Shown piece after piece: positions 62,135 through 64,000 of a stretch of DNA of 64,000 nt. The translations under genes were made by a program, and so were the position numbers. The notes beneath the pieces are model-generated. The model was not told the DNA's origin, made no database searches, and saw only the letters and a program-made list of their open reading frames with translations. The stretch spans positions 13,704,001 to 13,768,000 of the forward strand of contig CM075991.1 of assembly GCA_038087875.1 (NCBI GenBank), read 5' to 3'. Origin of the DNA: Malacoraja senta. Its lineage: Eukaryota. Position 1 is the first letter of the stretch. The number at the start of each line of letters is the position of its first letter.

Positions 62135-62835
62135 TTTAGAGATACCGCGCGGAAACAGGCCCTTCGGCCCACTGAGCCCGCGCCGACCAGCAATCCCCGC
62201 ACATTAACACTATCCTACACACACAAGGGACAATTTTAACATTGATACCAAACCAATTTACCTGCAAACCTGTACATCTTTGGAGTGTGGGAGGAAACCG
62301 AAGATCTCGGAGAAAATCCACGCAGGTCACGGGGAGAATGTACAAACTCCATGCAGACAGAATCAAACCTGGGTTGCTGGCGCTCTAAGCGCTGTAAGGC
62401 AGCAACTCTACCGCTGCCCCACCATGCGGTTCTATATCGCACATAAAGATTACAGGGGAGGGTGGGCAACCCTGTCTGACTCCAGACTTGATGGGGATTC
62501 TATCCGTTTCTCACTCATTGATGTAGAATGGAAGCCAGCAAGTTGTGCGGCATGGTGGCGCAGCATTAGAGTCACTGCCTTACAGCGCTTGCAGCGCCGT
62601 AGACCCGGGTTCGATCCCGACTACGGGTGCTGTCTGTACGGAGTTTGTACGTTCTCCCCATGACCGTGTGGGTTTTCTCCGAGATCTTCAGGTCAGCCCA
62701 CACTCTGAAAACGTGCAGGTTTGTAGGTTAATTAGCTTGGTATAAGTGTAAATTGTCCCTAGTGTGTAGGATAGCGTCAATGTGCGGGGATCGCTGGTGG
62801 GTGCGGACTCGGTGGGCTGAAGTGCCTATTTCTGC
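62135..62835. mobile_element. Two HE1/V-SINE-like copies in divergent orientation (62135-62425 on -, 62552-62835 on +)
   Basis: Heads, core and tails match the other SINE copies. Confidence 0.8.
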
Positions 62836-63669
62836 GCAAAATTGGGGTCAAGGAAAGAGCGTTCACGTCGCCGCCCTGTTTCCACCAATCTTTCCACCAC
62901 CACGCACAAGAAGCACAAGAAGCACAAGCAGCGCAAGACGCCATTGTAAGCAGATGCCGAGAAGTGCGTTCAGCTCTGGCTGAACAATTTCTAATCTTGT
63001 GATGTGGACTCGATAAGAAGATCTCTCTAAACTAAACCAAGTTAGAATGTAGAATAGGAGAGCACAACTGTTAGATAACACGTGGCCATGAACACTCTTC
63101 CACAGTCCCACCTCTGGATACATATCCACTAAATAGAGACACAAAATGCTGGAGTAACTCAACGGGACAGGCAGCATCTCTGGAGAGAGAGAATGGGTGA
63201 CGTTGTGGGGCCGAGCCCCTTCTTCAGACTGAGAGTCAGGGGAGAGGGAGACTAGGGATTCGTGAAAGGGTAAGGTTTGAAAACGATAGATCAAAGCAGA
63301 CGGTGTTCAAGGTTCAGAATGGTTCATTGTTGGCTGAGGGGAAGGTGAGAACGAGGCAAACAAACAGTAAAATGAATCAGGAGGCCAGTGAAACTAGTCG
63401 GAGAACGAGGGTGGGGAAGAGACGGAGAGAGAGGGAAAGTAAGGATTACATGGAGTTAGAGAAATCAATATTTATACCGCTGGGTTGCAGCAGAATATCC
63501 ACTAACTCCTCTTTTACACTAACCCAAGGGGCAATTTCCCGCACTGCCATCAGAGTTAATCCCAAACACTCTGTGAAGGGCCGCGGACGGCAACAGGATC
63601 ATCAGGAAGGCCGGCTCCATGCTCGGGGCGGAGTTGAATTCGCGGGAGTTTGTTTCACGGGAGGTTGGT

Positions 63670-64000
63670 CTTGGAGGGAAGGATGCTCCTCAAACTGCGG
63701 AGCATCCTGGACAATACAGCTCACCCCCTCCATGACGCACTGGTCAACCTGAGGAGCACCTTCAGCTACAGACTGGTTCCACCATGCAGCACGGAACGCC
63801 ACAGGAGATCCTTCTTCCCTGTGGCTATCAAACTGGACAACTCCTCCCCCTTCTGTTGTGGGGTAGACTGAGATTGACTCCCCTTCCCTCTCCCCACCCC
63901 CCCTCCCACCCCCCCACCCCCCCCCCCCTAATCTTTGCGCATCCCCAATCCTTTCCACTCGTCGCTTTAATTTCATGTTTCATGTGTTTTTATGACTGTT
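63670..64000 (+). mobile_element. Rex1/L2-group LINE 3' fragment
   Basis: SILDNTAHPLH....RL..P..TERHRRSFFPVAIKL.N. Confidence 0.7.

Overview
Vertebrate genomic DNA, probably from a cartilaginous fish (skate/ray/shark). This is inferred from HE1-like tRNA-derived SINEs and HER1-like CR1 LINEs. A 200-N scaffold gap (11595-11794) splits the window in two. LEFT (1-11594): about 2 kb of 16-bp telomere-variant repeat (TCGTTAGGGTTTAGGG) grades into canonical TTAGGG. This joins, through a GGTTAGG microhomology, to a head-to-tail array of a ~6.15-kb Penelope-like retroelement (PLE) whose ORFs are antisense to the G-rich strand. Each unit has a full type-I hammerhead ribozyme and an intact 592-aa ORF1 (helical N-terminus, Pro/Arg-rich linker, SGNH/GDSL esterase). 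Its ORF2 has lost the RT catalytic core and most of the GIY-YIG endonuclease by an in-frame deletion. The complete unit also carries four ~605-bp G/T-skewed telomere-like repeats. This looks like a non-autonomous, telomere-primed retroelement (analogous to Athena/Terminon PLEs or Drosophila HeT-A) in a vertebrate, and it is the best candidate for a novel system here. RIGHT (11795-64000): the 3' part of a WC1/CD163-like group-B SRCR receptor gene on + (6 SRCR exons, stalk, TM, Tyr-motif tail) converges on the 3' exons of PLEKHA2 (TAPP2) on -. Both lie among dense CR1 LINEs, dispersed PLE fragments with minimal hammerheads, Rex1-like and RTE-like fragments, SINEs and a Harbinger-type MITE. Family names come from motif recognition only; no database searches were run.
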